From: an uncultured Verrucomicrobiae bacterium
GTDB taxonomy: Bacteria > Verrucomicrobiota > Verrucomicrobiia > Chthoniobacterales > UBA10450
NCBI GenBank assembly: GCA_963772365.1
Contig: CAVYXA010000001.1
Location: 544,001-608,000, forward strand
Direction: 5' to 3'
DNA length: 64,000 bases
The stretch's first letter is position 1. Each line of letters begins with the position of its first letter. The notes beneath the pieces are model-generated. The model ran no database searches and was not told where the DNA came from. It worked only from the letters and a program-made list of their open reading frames with translations. Made by a program: the position numbers and the translations under genes. Below are positions 10,517 through 20,242 of this stretch, in pieces.

Positions 10517-12919
10517 ATGAGTAAGTGCGATCTTCACATCCATTCGCGGTGCAGTTCCCGCTCGGAAGAATGGCTCTTCCGCCGGCTTAGCTTCCCGGAT
10601 TCCTACTCCGATCCGAGGGAACTGCATCGACAATTGCTCGGGGCCGGAATGGATTTCGTGACGATTACCGATCACGACACGATCGACGGTTGTCTCCAAA
10701 TTATCGATCTGCCCAATACATTCATAAGTGAACAGGTTACAACCTATTTCCCGCAGGATCCGTGCAAGATTCATATCCTGGTCTGGGGGATTACCGAAGC
10801 GCAGCATGCCGACATTCTGATCGTGCGCGACAATATCTTTGGCCTTCAGAGATACCTGCAAATCGGTCGTATTGCCCATGCCGTGGCGCACCCGCTTTAC
10901 AGCATCAACGGGAAACTTGATGCGCCGCATCTGGAGCGGTTGATCCTTCTGTTTAAGCATTTCGAAGGGATCAATGGCTTGCGCGATGCCATTCTGAGCG
11001 AGCTTGCCCAGGATCTCTTTGGCTCGCTTACGCCGGAGAAGATCGACAAGTTTGCCAAGAAACATAGTCTGGCGCCGACTCATCCCGAGCCGTGGAAGAA
11101 AGTTTTCATCGGCGGTTCGGACGATCATGGCGGCCAATTCATTGCCTCAGCCTTCACCGAGACGCCTCCCGCTAGTTCCGCCGAGCAATTTCTCGAACAG
11201 GTCCGCAACGGCAACTGCCAGGCTCGCGGCAAAGGCGGAACTCCCCTCGCCCTTTCCCACGGTTTCTACAACACGGTTGGCTGTTTCATTCAAGATCGCT
11301 TCCACGAAAAACTTGGGCCGAGCGCGGCGTTGGTGGAGCAAATGTTCTCGCGGTTCATGGAGGGACGCGACCCGACCGAGTTCACTCTCACCGAAAAAGT
11401 GAACTTCATTGCTCAGGGCGTGCTTTCCGGAAAGCTGTTCGAGCTCGTTAAACCGGCGAATGTTTCGCTCTGGAAAGAACTCTCCGGCTATTTCCAGCGG
11501 CCGGACATAAAAGCGAAACTAGCCGAGGAACTCGATGGAGTTTCCGAACCCGAACGCCGCACGTTTCTCATGGCGAACCTAGTGGCGGAGCAACTGGCGT
11601 TTCGGTTTTTCAAAAAATTTGTTCAACAAATCAGCAGCGGAAATCTCGTGGAAAGTATGCAAGCGATCAGCGCGATCGCGCCGCTGCTGGTGATCCTCAC
11701 GCCATACATCTATGGATTTCACAGCCAGGCACCGTCGCGGAAATGGCTGCGCGGAATTGTTAAAGATTTGACGGGCGAAATTCCCGTTGCCCTGCAAAAT
11801 CGGAAACGGGCCTGGTTCACCGACACCCTCGACGACGTCAATGGTGTGGCGACAACGATCCGAAAGATGACCGCCGCCGGCGCCGCTGCGGGCAAGGAAT
11901 TAACCGTAGTCGTTTCGCGTAACGAATTACAGACCGACAATATCCCCATCAAAAACTTCAAACCGATTGGCGAATTTGAGCTGCCCGAATACGAGCTGCA
12001 AAAGCTCAGTTTCCCGCCGATCCTGCAAATGCTCGATTACATTCAACGGGAGAGATTCAGCGAAATCATCATCAGCACGCCCGGCCCAGTCGGTCTGACC
12101 GGTTTGCTCGCCGCCAAGATGCTGAACCTGCAAACGAGCGGGATTTATCACACCGATTTCCCCCAATACATTCGCATCCTGACCGAAGACGCGTTTCTCG
12201 AAAGTGTCACCTGGCGTTACATGCATTGGTTTTACGGCCAGCTCGACACCGTTTTCGTTAACTCGGAGGAATATCGCCAAAGCTGGATCAAACGCGGTTT
12301 TGATCCCGAGAAACTGAAGATCCTCCCGCGCGGACTCGAGACCGAGCTCTTTCATCCGACCCGCCGCGATCCCGCGTTCTTCGAAAAATTCGGCGGCGGA
12401 CGAAATGGCGAGGTGCGTCTGTTGTATGTCGGCCGGGTTTCCCGCGAAAAAGATCTCGATCTGCTCGCCGCGGCTTATCGGCGGTTGCGTGAGGAAGGAT
12501 TGTCGATCCAACTTTTCATCGTCGGGCACGGTCCATATTCCGAAGAGCTTTCCAAGTCTTTGCCCGACGCCGTATTCACTGGATATCTCACCGGCAAGGA
12601 ATTGGCTGCGGCTTACGCGTCCGCCGATGTTTTCGTTTTCCCCAGCACCACCGATACTTTCGGCAATGTGATCATCGAAGCCCAGGCTTCCGGTTTGCCG
12701 GTTGTGGTGTCCGACGCTGGCGGCCCGAAAGAACTGGTCCAGGAAAACGAAACCGGTCTGATCACCAAATCACACGATGTCGATGATCTGGTGCGCGCGA
12801 TTCGCGCTTTGGTTGTCGATCCTGCTTTGCGCCAGCGAATGGGCAATCAAGCACGTGAGAGCGTGATGAACCGAACGTGGCCCGCCGCCTTCCGCAAATT
12901 CTGGTCGATCACCGATTGA
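10517..12919 (+). CDS. PHP-domain / GT4 glycosyltransferase fusion
   Basis: N-terminal DLHIHS, TITDHD, GGSDDH; C-terminal YVGRVSREK, DTFGNVIIEAQASG. Confidence 0.9.
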   Translation: MSKCDLHIHSRCSSRSEEWLFRRLSFPDSYSDPRELHRQLLGAGMDFVTITDHDTIDGCLQIIDLPNTFISEQVTTYFPQDPCKIHILVWGITEAQHADILIVRDNIFGLQRYLQIGRIAHAVAHPLYSINGKLDAPHLERLILLFKHFEGINGLRDAILSELAQDLFGSLTPEKIDKFAKKHSLAPTHPEPWKKVFIGGSDDHGGQFIASAFTETPPASSAEQFLEQVRNGNCQARGKGGTPLALSHGFYNTVGCFIQDRFHEKLGPSAALVEQMFSRFMEGRDPTEFTLTEKVNFIAQGVLSGKLFELVKPANVSLWKELSGYFQRPDIKAKLAEELDGVSEPERRTFLMANLVAEQLAFRFFKKFVQQISSGNLVESMQAISAIAPLLVILTPYIYGFHSQAPSRKWLRGIVKDLTGEIPVALQNRKRAWFTDTLDDVNGVATTIRKMTAAGAAAGKELTVVVSRNELQTDNIPIKNFKPIGEFELPEYELQKLSFPPILQMLDYIQRERFSEIIISTPGPVGLTGLLAAKMLNLQTSGIYHTDFPQYIRILTEDAFLESVTWRYMHWFYGQLDTVFVNSEEYRQSWIKRGFDPEKLKILPRGLETELFHPTRRDPAFFEKFGGGRNGEVRLLYVGRVSREKDLDLLAAAYRRLREEGLSIQLFIVGHGPYSEELSKSLPDAVFTGYLTGKELAAAYASADVFVFPSTTDTFGNVIIEAQASGLPVVVSDAGGPKELVQENETGLITKSHDVDDLVRAIRALVVDPALRQRMGNQARESVMNRTWPAAFRKFWSITD

Positions 12920-13147
12920 CTGAAATCACTCTCCGCCGATCACCGCACCGTGCGTTTCAGTTTTTCAGAAGAGACCCAAAGAAACACTCACCTAATTAGG
13001 AAAGCAGGAATGCAGGAGATTTCATTCATACGGTCGGATGCATGCATCCCTTCCTGTTTTCCGCCCTTCCTGATTCATTTCTAGCTGCTTTCGAATTCAT
13101 TCCTTAACGCTCGCGAAACATTTCGGAGTAGCCTCGGCGAAGGCTGG

Positions 13148-13468
13148 TCACTTCTTGGCCAGGCCGTCGCGCCAGGCCATCACTTCCAGTTCGCCGCGGA
13201 CCGCGTCCTCTATCGGAATTACTGGTCGCGCTTCGAATTTGAACGCCGGCAACATCGTGGAGAATTTGTGAATCTCCAATGGATCGTCGCAATCCAACAA
13301 CATATAGCCGCCCCAATCGCCCACGCGGATCACGAACATCTCGATCTTAAAATTGGCCGGCGCTTTCCATTGCCGAAACACCTCCAGTATGCGTTTCTGC
13401 GCATTCTCATACTCTATCGGCGAACCTTGCGAGCGCTCCCACCAGCTGATCATGTACTTCATCGACAT
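13148..13468 (-). CDS. DUF3303-like small protein
   Basis: KYMISW.ER.GS..EYE.AQKRIL..F..W pattern; RBS-like AAAAGG upstream. Confidence 0.7.
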   Translation of the reverse strand: MSMKYMISWWERSQGSPIEYENAQKRILEVFRQWKAPANFKIEMFVIRVGDWGGYMLLDCDDPLEIHKFSTMLPAFKFEARPVIPIEDAVRGELEVMAWRDGLAKK

Positions 13469-13856
13469 CCTTTTCTGTTGAATTTAGATCCGTCGACGTG
13501 ACGCTGGCGATCCGGTCGCCGAAGCGCAAGCGGAAACGTCAGCGGCATAGCAACGCCCGTTTCTCTCTTAATCAAAATCAACACTGACTCCCGACCTGTG
13601 CCCTCTGAGATTCTCTTAACTCCGTAAAGGAGCGTGGCTGCCGAGAAGCTTTACGCCTCAACGTGCCGGCTTCTCCGGGCGAAATCGATTGACTTGCCGG
13701 TAGCATGGACTATCGGGCTCTAACGCCCAGCAAGCGAGCATCCGGTTTCTCAACCGGTTCGGCGGCAATAGCTAACATGACCGTTGCCCGTCGCGGTCTA
13801 AACATTGAGTCCGGTCCGCTCAAGCACACGGGGGTTTTTCCCCTTAGAAAATAGAA

Positions 13857-14345
13857 ATGAAAAAATTAATGTTCGTATTAATCGCATCGGCCTGTTGCTC
13901 GGCTTTCGTGATACAGGCGTCGGCTCAGCAAGCTGACCAGGCAACAGCTGATGCCGTCATTGCCATGACAAGGGCGCAATGGGCAGCCGGGATGAAAGAT
14001 CCAACGAATGTCGCCGCGCAGTCGAAAGACATGGCAGACGACTACACGGAGTTCAACGCCGATTTCGCCACGCGCATCGACGGAAAGGCAATGAATTCGC
14101 GACTGGCAGAAGGGGTCGCAAAAGACTCGAGTAAGGGCACCGCGGCGGAAATGCTCAACGAGAAGGTCCAGGTTTACAACGGCGATGTCGCCATCCTGAC
14201 CTATAACTACGCCGGAACGACCATGGACAAAGACGGCAAGACGACGCCGAGCCGGGCGAAATCGACGCGCGTTTTTGTGAAGAAGGGCGACAAATGGGTT
14301 ATGGTCCACGCCAACTTCGGGGCGGATCCAGTGCCAAAACAATAA
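13857..14345 (+). CDS. Secreted NTF2-like (DUF4440) protein
   Basis: Signal peptide; KVQVYNGDVAILTY, STRVFVKKGDKWVMVH. Confidence 0.8.
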   Translation: MKKLMFVLIASACCSAFVIQASAQQADQATADAVIAMTRAQWAAGMKDPTNVAAQSKDMADDYTEFNADFATRIDGKAMNSRLAEGVAKDSSKGTAAEMLNEKVQVYNGDVAILTYNYAGTTMDKDGKTTPSRAKSTRVFVKKGDKWVMVHANFGADPVPKQ

Positions 14346-14364
14346 GACTTAGAACCTGAAGAAT

Positions 14365-14829
14365 ATGAAAACAAAAACAATTGGTTTAGCTCTGCTGCTT
14401 TCAGTGGCGGCAGCCGGAATCTGTTTCGCGAACAACCCGACGTTGGGCACGTGGAAACTGAACGAAAGCAAATCCACCTTTGGCGACGGCGCGGGCAAGA
14501 GCACTCTGGTGGTGTGGGAGAAAGTTGGCGACCAGCAAAAATGCACGGTCGACGGAACTGACGCTGAGGGTAACAAAACTCACAGCGTGTGGACCGGTAA
14601 ACTGGACGGCAAAGATTATCCGATTACCGGCGATCCGAAGTCCGATACTCGCTCGTTCAAGAAAAACGGCGCGAAGACCCTCGACATCGTGAGCAAGAAG
14701 GATGGCAAAGTCGTTGGTGACGGAACCATCGTCGTGGCGGCAGATGGAAAAACGCGCACTGTCACAAGCAACATGACGAACGCCAAGGGCGAGAAGGTCA
14801 CGAGCAAATTAGCTTACGATAAATCGTAA
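14365..14829 (+). CDS. Secreted hypothetical beta-barrel-like protein
   Basis: Signal peptide; GTWKLN, LDGKDYP, ADGKTRT. Confidence 0.75.
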   Translation: MKTKTIGLALLLSVAAAGICFANNPTLGTWKLNESKSTFGDGAGKSTLVVWEKVGDQQKCTVDGTDAEGNKTHSVWTGKLDGKDYPITGDPKSDTRSFKKNGAKTLDIVSKKDGKVVGDGTIVVAADGKTRTVTSNMTNAKGEKVTSKLAYDKS

Positions 14830-14857
14830 CCTAAGGACGCCATAGATTGAATTAACA

Positions 14858-14888
14858 GCGGCCGAACGTTAAGACGTTCGGCCGTTTT
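14858..14888 (+). terminator. Rho-independent terminator
   Basis: gcggccgaacgt-taag-acgttcggccgt followed by T run, between convergent genes. Confidence 0.75.
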
Positions 14889-14948
14889 CGTTGGTGCCGA
14901 GCGAGGAGAACACGATGAGATTTTTTGCGCAGTTCCTACCGCTAATTA

Positions 14949-16310
14949 CTAGCGGTGCCGTCGATAAGATTTGCGCGGCGGACGGTTGTTCGAGGAAGCA
15001 TTCCGAAAACGCCACCCGACATTGCCACGTGGAGCATCGCCGCTTCCGCGCGGAGAATTTCCCGGCAATCGCGGCTCGATCTTTCGTTGCGGAGTTCGCC
15101 TTACCCTGCTCCGCTCCTCGCGCGGGGGCGCTGGCTGCTCGTAATCGAAACCTTCCGCTTTTTTCCGCACGATCCCGCGGCCGATAAAACGCTCGAGCGA
15201 ACGCAACGGTCCCTGATCTTCAGGCGTGATGAAACTGATCGCGTCGCCCACCGCCTGTGCACGACCCGTGCGGCCGATGCGATGCACATAATCCTCCGAA
15301 TGCATCGGGAAGTCGTAATTCACCACGTGCGAAATCCCATCCACATCGATCCCGCGTGCAGCGATGTCGGTCGCCACCAGCACTCGCACCGCGCCCGACT
15401 TGAAATCTTTCAACGCGCGCAGCCGCTGATTTTGCGAACGATTCGAATGGATCGTGCCCGTCTTAATGCCGCTGCTTTCAAGGCGCCGCGCGATCCTGTC
15501 CGCGCCACGTTTTGTCCGCGCAAAAACCAGCACGGTGTCGAACTGCGGATCGCCTAACAAATGCAGGAGCAGCGCCGCTTTCAAATGCGGCCGCACTTCG
15601 TAAACGAACTGCGTCACCGTCTCTGCCGGATTCGCCCGACGACCGATCTCGATAATTTTGGGCGAACGCTGGAACTCATGCGTCAGCGCTTCGATCTCGC
15701 GCGAGAGCGTCGCGGAAAACATCAGCGTCTGCCGTTTCTGCGGCAACGCTTTCACGATCCGCCGAATCGGCGGAAGAAAACCCATGTCCAGCATTCGATC
15801 CGCTTCGTCGAGCACGAGAAACTCGATGCTCGAAAGATTAGCCACTCGTTGATCCATCAAATCGATCAACCGTCCCGGTGTCGCCACCACAAGATCGACA
15901 CCGGATCGCAGCGCCTCAATCTGCGGACGTTCGCTCACGCCGCCGAAAACCGTGGCCATGCGCAACGGAACGTGTTTGGCGTAAGCGAGTGAATTCTCTT
16001 CGATTTGCACCACCAACTCTCGCGTCGGCGCGACGACCAGTGCGCGCGTCCTCCGGTCCGAGGTGAATGGGCGATTACGTGCTCCGTTATGGGCCTGCGT
16101 TACCGCCTGTTTCGATTCCATCAGCTTCATCAAAATTGGCCAAACGAAAGCTGCGGTTTTTCCCGTGCCAGTTTGTGCGATGCCGATTACATCCTGCCCC
16201 GCGAGAATGTGCGGAATCGCCGCGATCTGGATCGGAGTTGGCTCGGTGTAGCCGGCGTCCTGCACGGCCTGCAAGATTTTCGGCGAAAGATTAAGCGCAC
16301 GAAATGACAT
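14949..16310 (-). CDS. rhlE: DEAD-box RNA helicase (RhlE-like)
   Basis: Q motif PTPIQ, AQTGTGKT, PTREL, TPGR, DEAD, SAT, ARGID, HRIGRTGR; start taken at MSFRALNL. Confidence 0.9.
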   Translation of the reverse strand: MSFRALNLSPKILQAVQDAGYTEPTPIQIAAIPHILAGQDVIGIAQTGTGKTAAFVWPILMKLMESKQAVTQAHNGARNRPFTSDRRTRALVVAPTRELVVQIEENSLAYAKHVPLRMATVFGGVSERPQIEALRSGVDLVVATPGRLIDLMDQRVANLSSIEFLVLDEADRMLDMGFLPPIRRIVKALPQKRQTLMFSATLSREIEALTHEFQRSPKIIEIGRRANPAETVTQFVYEVRPHLKAALLLHLLGDPQFDTVLVFARTKRGADRIARRLESSGIKTGTIHSNRSQNQRLRALKDFKSGAVRVLVATDIAARGIDVDGISHVVNYDFPMHSEDYVHRIGRTGRAQAVGDAISFITPEDQGPLRSLERFIGRGIVRKKAEGFDYEQPAPPREERSRVRRTPQRKIEPRLPGNSPRGSGDAPRGNVGWRFRNASSNNRPPRKSYRRHR

Positions 16311-16625
16311 GATGCAGCTACTATCGCCCGCCAGGCGTCTAAAGCACCTATTATATAATATATAGGCGCATCCCCGCGTTGCGATTTCGCCGCCGCGATG
16401 TATGCGCCTCGTCCGCAGCACAGGAAAAGCTCGGCGACAATCCCGCCGGCCACCACGGATTCAATCCGTTGCCGAACCAGAACAGGATCGCTGAGATAGA
16501 ACGACAGCGAGCGAAAGCATCGATTACTCTTTATCGCAAGTACGGCAGACCGAGCAAGTCAGGGAAAACGAAGAAGGAAAAAGTAAGAAGCCCTGTCCCA
16601 AATTGACACCAGATCCTCGGGCGAT

Positions 16626-17215
16626 ATGATCGGCGCCGTGGCGGAAGAAAAGGCGACGCGCGGAGCCAGCCGATATGACGCAATCATCGCGACCCTGGTC
16701 GGATTCTGCGCTTTGTGTCTTTCGGGTTATACCGCTTACGTACAACGGCAACAGGTGCGCGCCGCGGTCTGGCCAATTCTGGAGTTCGATACCGGCAACC
16801 AGCCCGACATTCACTTTACCCTGTCGAACAAAGGTGTCGGGCCCGCAATCATCCGTCATGTGATCGTGAGAGTGGACGACCAGCCGGTCCGGAATTGGAA
16901 GGAAGCATTTGAAAAATACTGGGACCGGGGAAGCATTGGTTCTCCGAAAGCGACATGAACGGACACACGCTATCGGCCGGTGAATCGATGATTGTTTGCA
17001 GCCCTCACGACGCCGACAACAAACCGCTCGCTTACGACCGGTCGAACCCGGCTTGGATCGAGATGGATAAGGAGCGCGCACGTGTTTCAGTCGAGATTTG
17101 TTATTCTTCTACGCTCGGCGAATGCTGGACTCTGCGGGGCGGCGGATCTTCACCGGGTATTACCACCGAGACTCATCATTGCCCCACTCGGTCGGAGCTT
17201 ACTTTTAAGCAGTAG
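16626..17215 (+). CDS. Membrane-anchored hypothetical protein, split by an apparent 1-nt deletion in the A run near 16915
   Basis: ORFs 16626-16958 and 16955-17215 join as ...EKILGPGKHWFSESDMNGH; N-terminal TM helix, NKGVGPA, ICYSSTLGECW. Confidence 0.7.
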
Positions 17216-17250
17216 GCGCGATTGTCTTCTGGCGATTGGAGAGAATCAGT

Positions 17251-17655
17251 CTAATTCAGGGCGGAAAAGTTGGTCGGATCCATAAAGTAGTGATCGATGT
17301 GATCTACTAAAGGCCCGTTCGCTTCCGATTCGGCCTTCACCTTTTTCCATTCCGGGTCGGCATGGAACGCGTCCCAATTCTTCTCTGCCTGATCGCGGCT
17401 GGGATGCTCCAAAATGTAAACGAACAAGTTTTGCCCGGCGTCTTCGGGCACCCAGTAACCGATGCTATTCATGTTATGGCGCCTGAAGATCGCGTCGGTG
17501 TGATCGCCAAAACGGGCTTTGAGCGCATTCATCTTGCCCGGGTTCACGTGATACATCCGCAATTCGTAAACGTGATGTGAAGGCTTGGGCGCTCCAAATG
17601 TGTTGAAAGCAATTACTATCGCGGCACCGCAAACGAACGAGAGAAATGTTTTCAT
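17251..17655 (-). CDS. NIPSNAP family protein
   Basis: VYELRMY...PGK, F.RH.M..IGYW, W..F.ADPEW. Confidence 0.88.
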   Translation of the reverse strand: MKTFLSFVCGAAIVIAFNTFGAPKPSHHVYELRMYHVNPGKMNALKARFGDHTDAIFRRHNMNSIGYWVPEDAGQNLFVYILEHPSRDQAEKNWDAFHADPEWKKVKAESEANGPLVDHIDHYFMDPTNFSALN

Positions 17656-17978
17656 AATGCGCAAGATAGCGCCGCGCTGCGGCAAACCACAAGCGATCGT
17701 CCTATCGATGGATTAGCGAGAGGGTAAATCCCAACAATTAACTCTGAGCCTTCAGCCGCTCGTTCTTAGTAAGTTGTCAGCCGACTCTGGCAGCATGCCA
17801 GCTTCCACCAGCTCTGCCCGCTCGATTTTTTAATCTCTTGACGGCCAGGCAATGAATAATCACTCTGCCAGACAAAACAAAGAGCGATTGCACCGACGCG
17901 GCGCGCGCGTCCTCCCTTAACGGCGCCACGGTTCTGGACACGCTTCCGTTAGTCCAACGAAAACAAAAAACCAATCCT

Positions 17979-18770
17979 ATGAAATCAAACCGCACCTCCT
18001 TAGCAACAATTGCGATCCTGTGCCTCGGCGTGGCACCGATGTCACGTGCCGCAGATGATTCCTTCGCCGGTAAATGGAAGTTGAACCCGGATAAAGGCCA
18101 GCTGAGCGGCCTCAGCTACAAGGTCGAAGATGCCGGGAAAAACAAAATGACATTCAAGTTCGGCGACACTGCTGAGACCGTCTCACTCGACGGTAAGCCG
18201 CACACGACAAGGTTCGGCAGTATCTGGGAGATTACCAAGAAGGACGCGAACACCTTTAAGTGGATCCGCAAAATGCATGGCAAAACCCTTTCCGACGCCA
18301 CCTGGACGGTGGCGGGTGATGGCGCCACCTCCACTTACGATACGACCGAGACGCGGCCGGATGGCTCTACCTCGCACGATGTCATCACACTCAAGCGAAC
18401 CGCCGGCGGCAATTCTGGCTTGGTGGGCACCTGGGAAAGCACGGAGATAAAGATTGGATCTCCCGGCACGATGGAAATAGAGAAGTCGGGAACAGACGGT
18501 TACTCCATGAAGAATCCTGCTTACAAGGAAGAGACGGATTTCAAGACCGATGGGAAATCGTATAAGCCAAAAGGCCCGAACGTGCCTCCTGGCACGACCA
18601 TCTCCGCCAAACAAGACGGCGATAACAAGATGGAGCTGACCTACAAACTAAAAGGTAAAGTGACCGAGACTGATGCCTACGAACTCTCGTCAGACGGGAA
18701 AACGCTAACCGAAACCATCACTTTCCCGGGAGAGAACAAGCAGGAAGTCGACGTCTTCGACCGAGAATAG
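17979..18770 (+). CDS. Secreted hypothetical protein with two tandem copies of the domain seen in 14365-14829
   Basis: FAGKWKLN...LDGK...GDGAT and LVGTW...TDGK...SDGKTLT. Confidence 0.75.
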   Translation: MKSNRTSLATIAILCLGVAPMSRAADDSFAGKWKLNPDKGQLSGLSYKVEDAGKNKMTFKFGDTAETVSLDGKPHTTRFGSIWEITKKDANTFKWIRKMHGKTLSDATWTVAGDGATSTYDTTETRPDGSTSHDVITLKRTAGGNSGLVGTWESTEIKIGSPGTMEIEKSGTDGYSMKNPAYKEETDFKTDGKSYKPKGPNVPPGTTISAKQDGDNKMELTYKLKGKVTETDAYELSSDGKTLTETITFPGENKQEVDVFDRE

Positions 18771-18787
18771 AACGTATTAGCAGCGAG

Positions 18788-18822
18788 AAGCGCGCGGATG
18801 ATTATATCCCCGCGCTTTTTTT
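18788..18822 (+). terminator. Rho-independent terminator
   Basis: aagcgcg...cgcgctt hairpin and T7. Confidence 0.65.
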
Positions 18823-18958
18823 GCTTGCATCGCCACGCGGCCCGCTTTCGACGACCAGCCACGACTGCGGCTGATTGAAAACTCGCTCGTTGGGCCGCGC
18901 GACAGCTGCCAACCGCCACGGGCGAAGAATCTTTGTCATTGTAATGTTAGATTCTGGC

Positions 18959-19420
18959 ATGACGACAAAATTGGATCATGCCCCGAATTTGGCTCAGCGT
19001 CCCCCGCGCAGTCCGCGGGTGAGACTTGGCGGTTACGTTGTTCTTCCACGCATCCTTGATAAGGGGCGCGCCGAACTGGCCGGAACTGCCGGAGAATTCA
19101 AATACAACAATCCAGGCGATTATCATTGGTTCCGGTTCACTGGAATCACGCCCGAAGCATTGAAAGCCGAGCTGGCCACCGGCAAAGGCGATGGCGAAAT
19201 ATTGGCCTGGGTCCAGGAGAACGCGCCTAACAAACGCAGCCCGTGGGAGATTCAACAATGGAGCGCCTATTTTTCCGAGCGCGGTCCCGATAGCGACGTC
19301 GAAACACTTGAGATGTTTGCCGACCGCATGAAAAAGTTCAACCCGACTCGCGAAGACGTGAAAACCTGGTTCGACCTGCTCGATTTGGACGACCACGTTA
19401 CTTTCGGAGGAAAAGCCTGA
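18959..19420 (+). CDS. DUF5069 family protein
   Basis: PRSPRVRLGGYVVLPRILDKGRA, TWFDLLDLDD. Confidence 0.8.
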   Translation: MTTKLDHAPNLAQRPPRSPRVRLGGYVVLPRILDKGRAELAGTAGEFKYNNPGDYHWFRFTGITPEALKAELATGKGDGEILAWVQENAPNKRSPWEIQQWSAYFSERGPDSDVETLEMFADRMKKFNPTREDVKTWFDLLDLDDHVTFGGKA

Positions 19421-19499
19421 GGAATTGATCCGGCCGAATAACCGGACGCCGTTCGCCGTCCCGATTAACAATTAAACGATAATCGATAATCGAACGCGC

Positions 19500-19973
19500 C
19501 TAGCGGTTGCAAGGAATATTCGTATCCTGCGCCGCCACGATCTGCCATTTCCCGGCGCGTTTCAGCCACGTGTCGGTCCAGATCAGACAATGCTTTGTCT
19601 CCCTGCCATCTTTAGCCTTGGAGACTGCGCTTTCCGCTCCATACGCGATCGCGATGGAGTCGCCGAAAAATCTCACCTTTACCTTGCCCAGTTGGCAGTC
19701 GCGCTCGAGCGCCTTGGTATCTGTGGTGATCGCGTCCTTCTTGCCGTAGCGCCGTCCGCTTGGCGATGTCCCCTGGAAGTCGTCCGCAATCACGTCCTTA
19801 AGATCCGGTTGCGGGCTACAGGCCGAGTTGGCCCACTTCGCCTCGGCCGCAATGATGAACTTCACGGTCTCCTCCCCCGGCGATCCCCAGCGAGATTCCT
19901 GCGCATGGCTGGGTGAGGCAAACCCACCGAGAAACAACAGTGCGAGCAAAGATGCTGGGATGACCGATTGCAT
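19500..19973 (-). CDS. Secreted NTF2-like (DUF4440) protein
   Basis: IADDFQG, VKVRFFGDSIAIAYG, WTDTWLKRAGKWQIVA; start taken at MQSVIP. Confidence 0.8.
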   Translation of the reverse strand: MQSVIPASLLALLFLGGFASPSHAQESRWGSPGEETVKFIIAAEAKWANSACSPQPDLKDVIADDFQGTSPSGRRYGKKDAITTDTKALERDCQLGKVKVRFFGDSIAIAYGAESAVSKAKDGRETKHCLIWTDTWLKRAGKWQIVAAQDTNIPCNR

Positions 19974-20242
19974 CGTGAATTCAGGCCCAAGGCACGCGCC
20001 ACTAGACCTTCTTAATATTATAGCATGGCTTTCTTTTCGTTTTTGAAAAATGTGAAACCGCAGTATGTCTCCCACGCGTTGGAGACAGGCCACACGTAAT
20101 CCTGCGTGGAACGAAGCGAGTGGAACGCTTGTTGGAAACAGGAAACCCACCCGGTGGACTGACCGCGCGCAAGATCGACAATCGCATTTGTGGAGCAGAC
20201 TTTGTACTGTGAGTTTTCCACCGGAAAAGTCATAACCAACAC

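Noticed and set aside
16055..16125. Repeat-derived insertion in the DEAD-box helicase (KQAVTQAHNGARNRPFTSD)
   Set aside because: The segment lies in a naturally variable loop and I could not match it convincingly to another repeat in the window.
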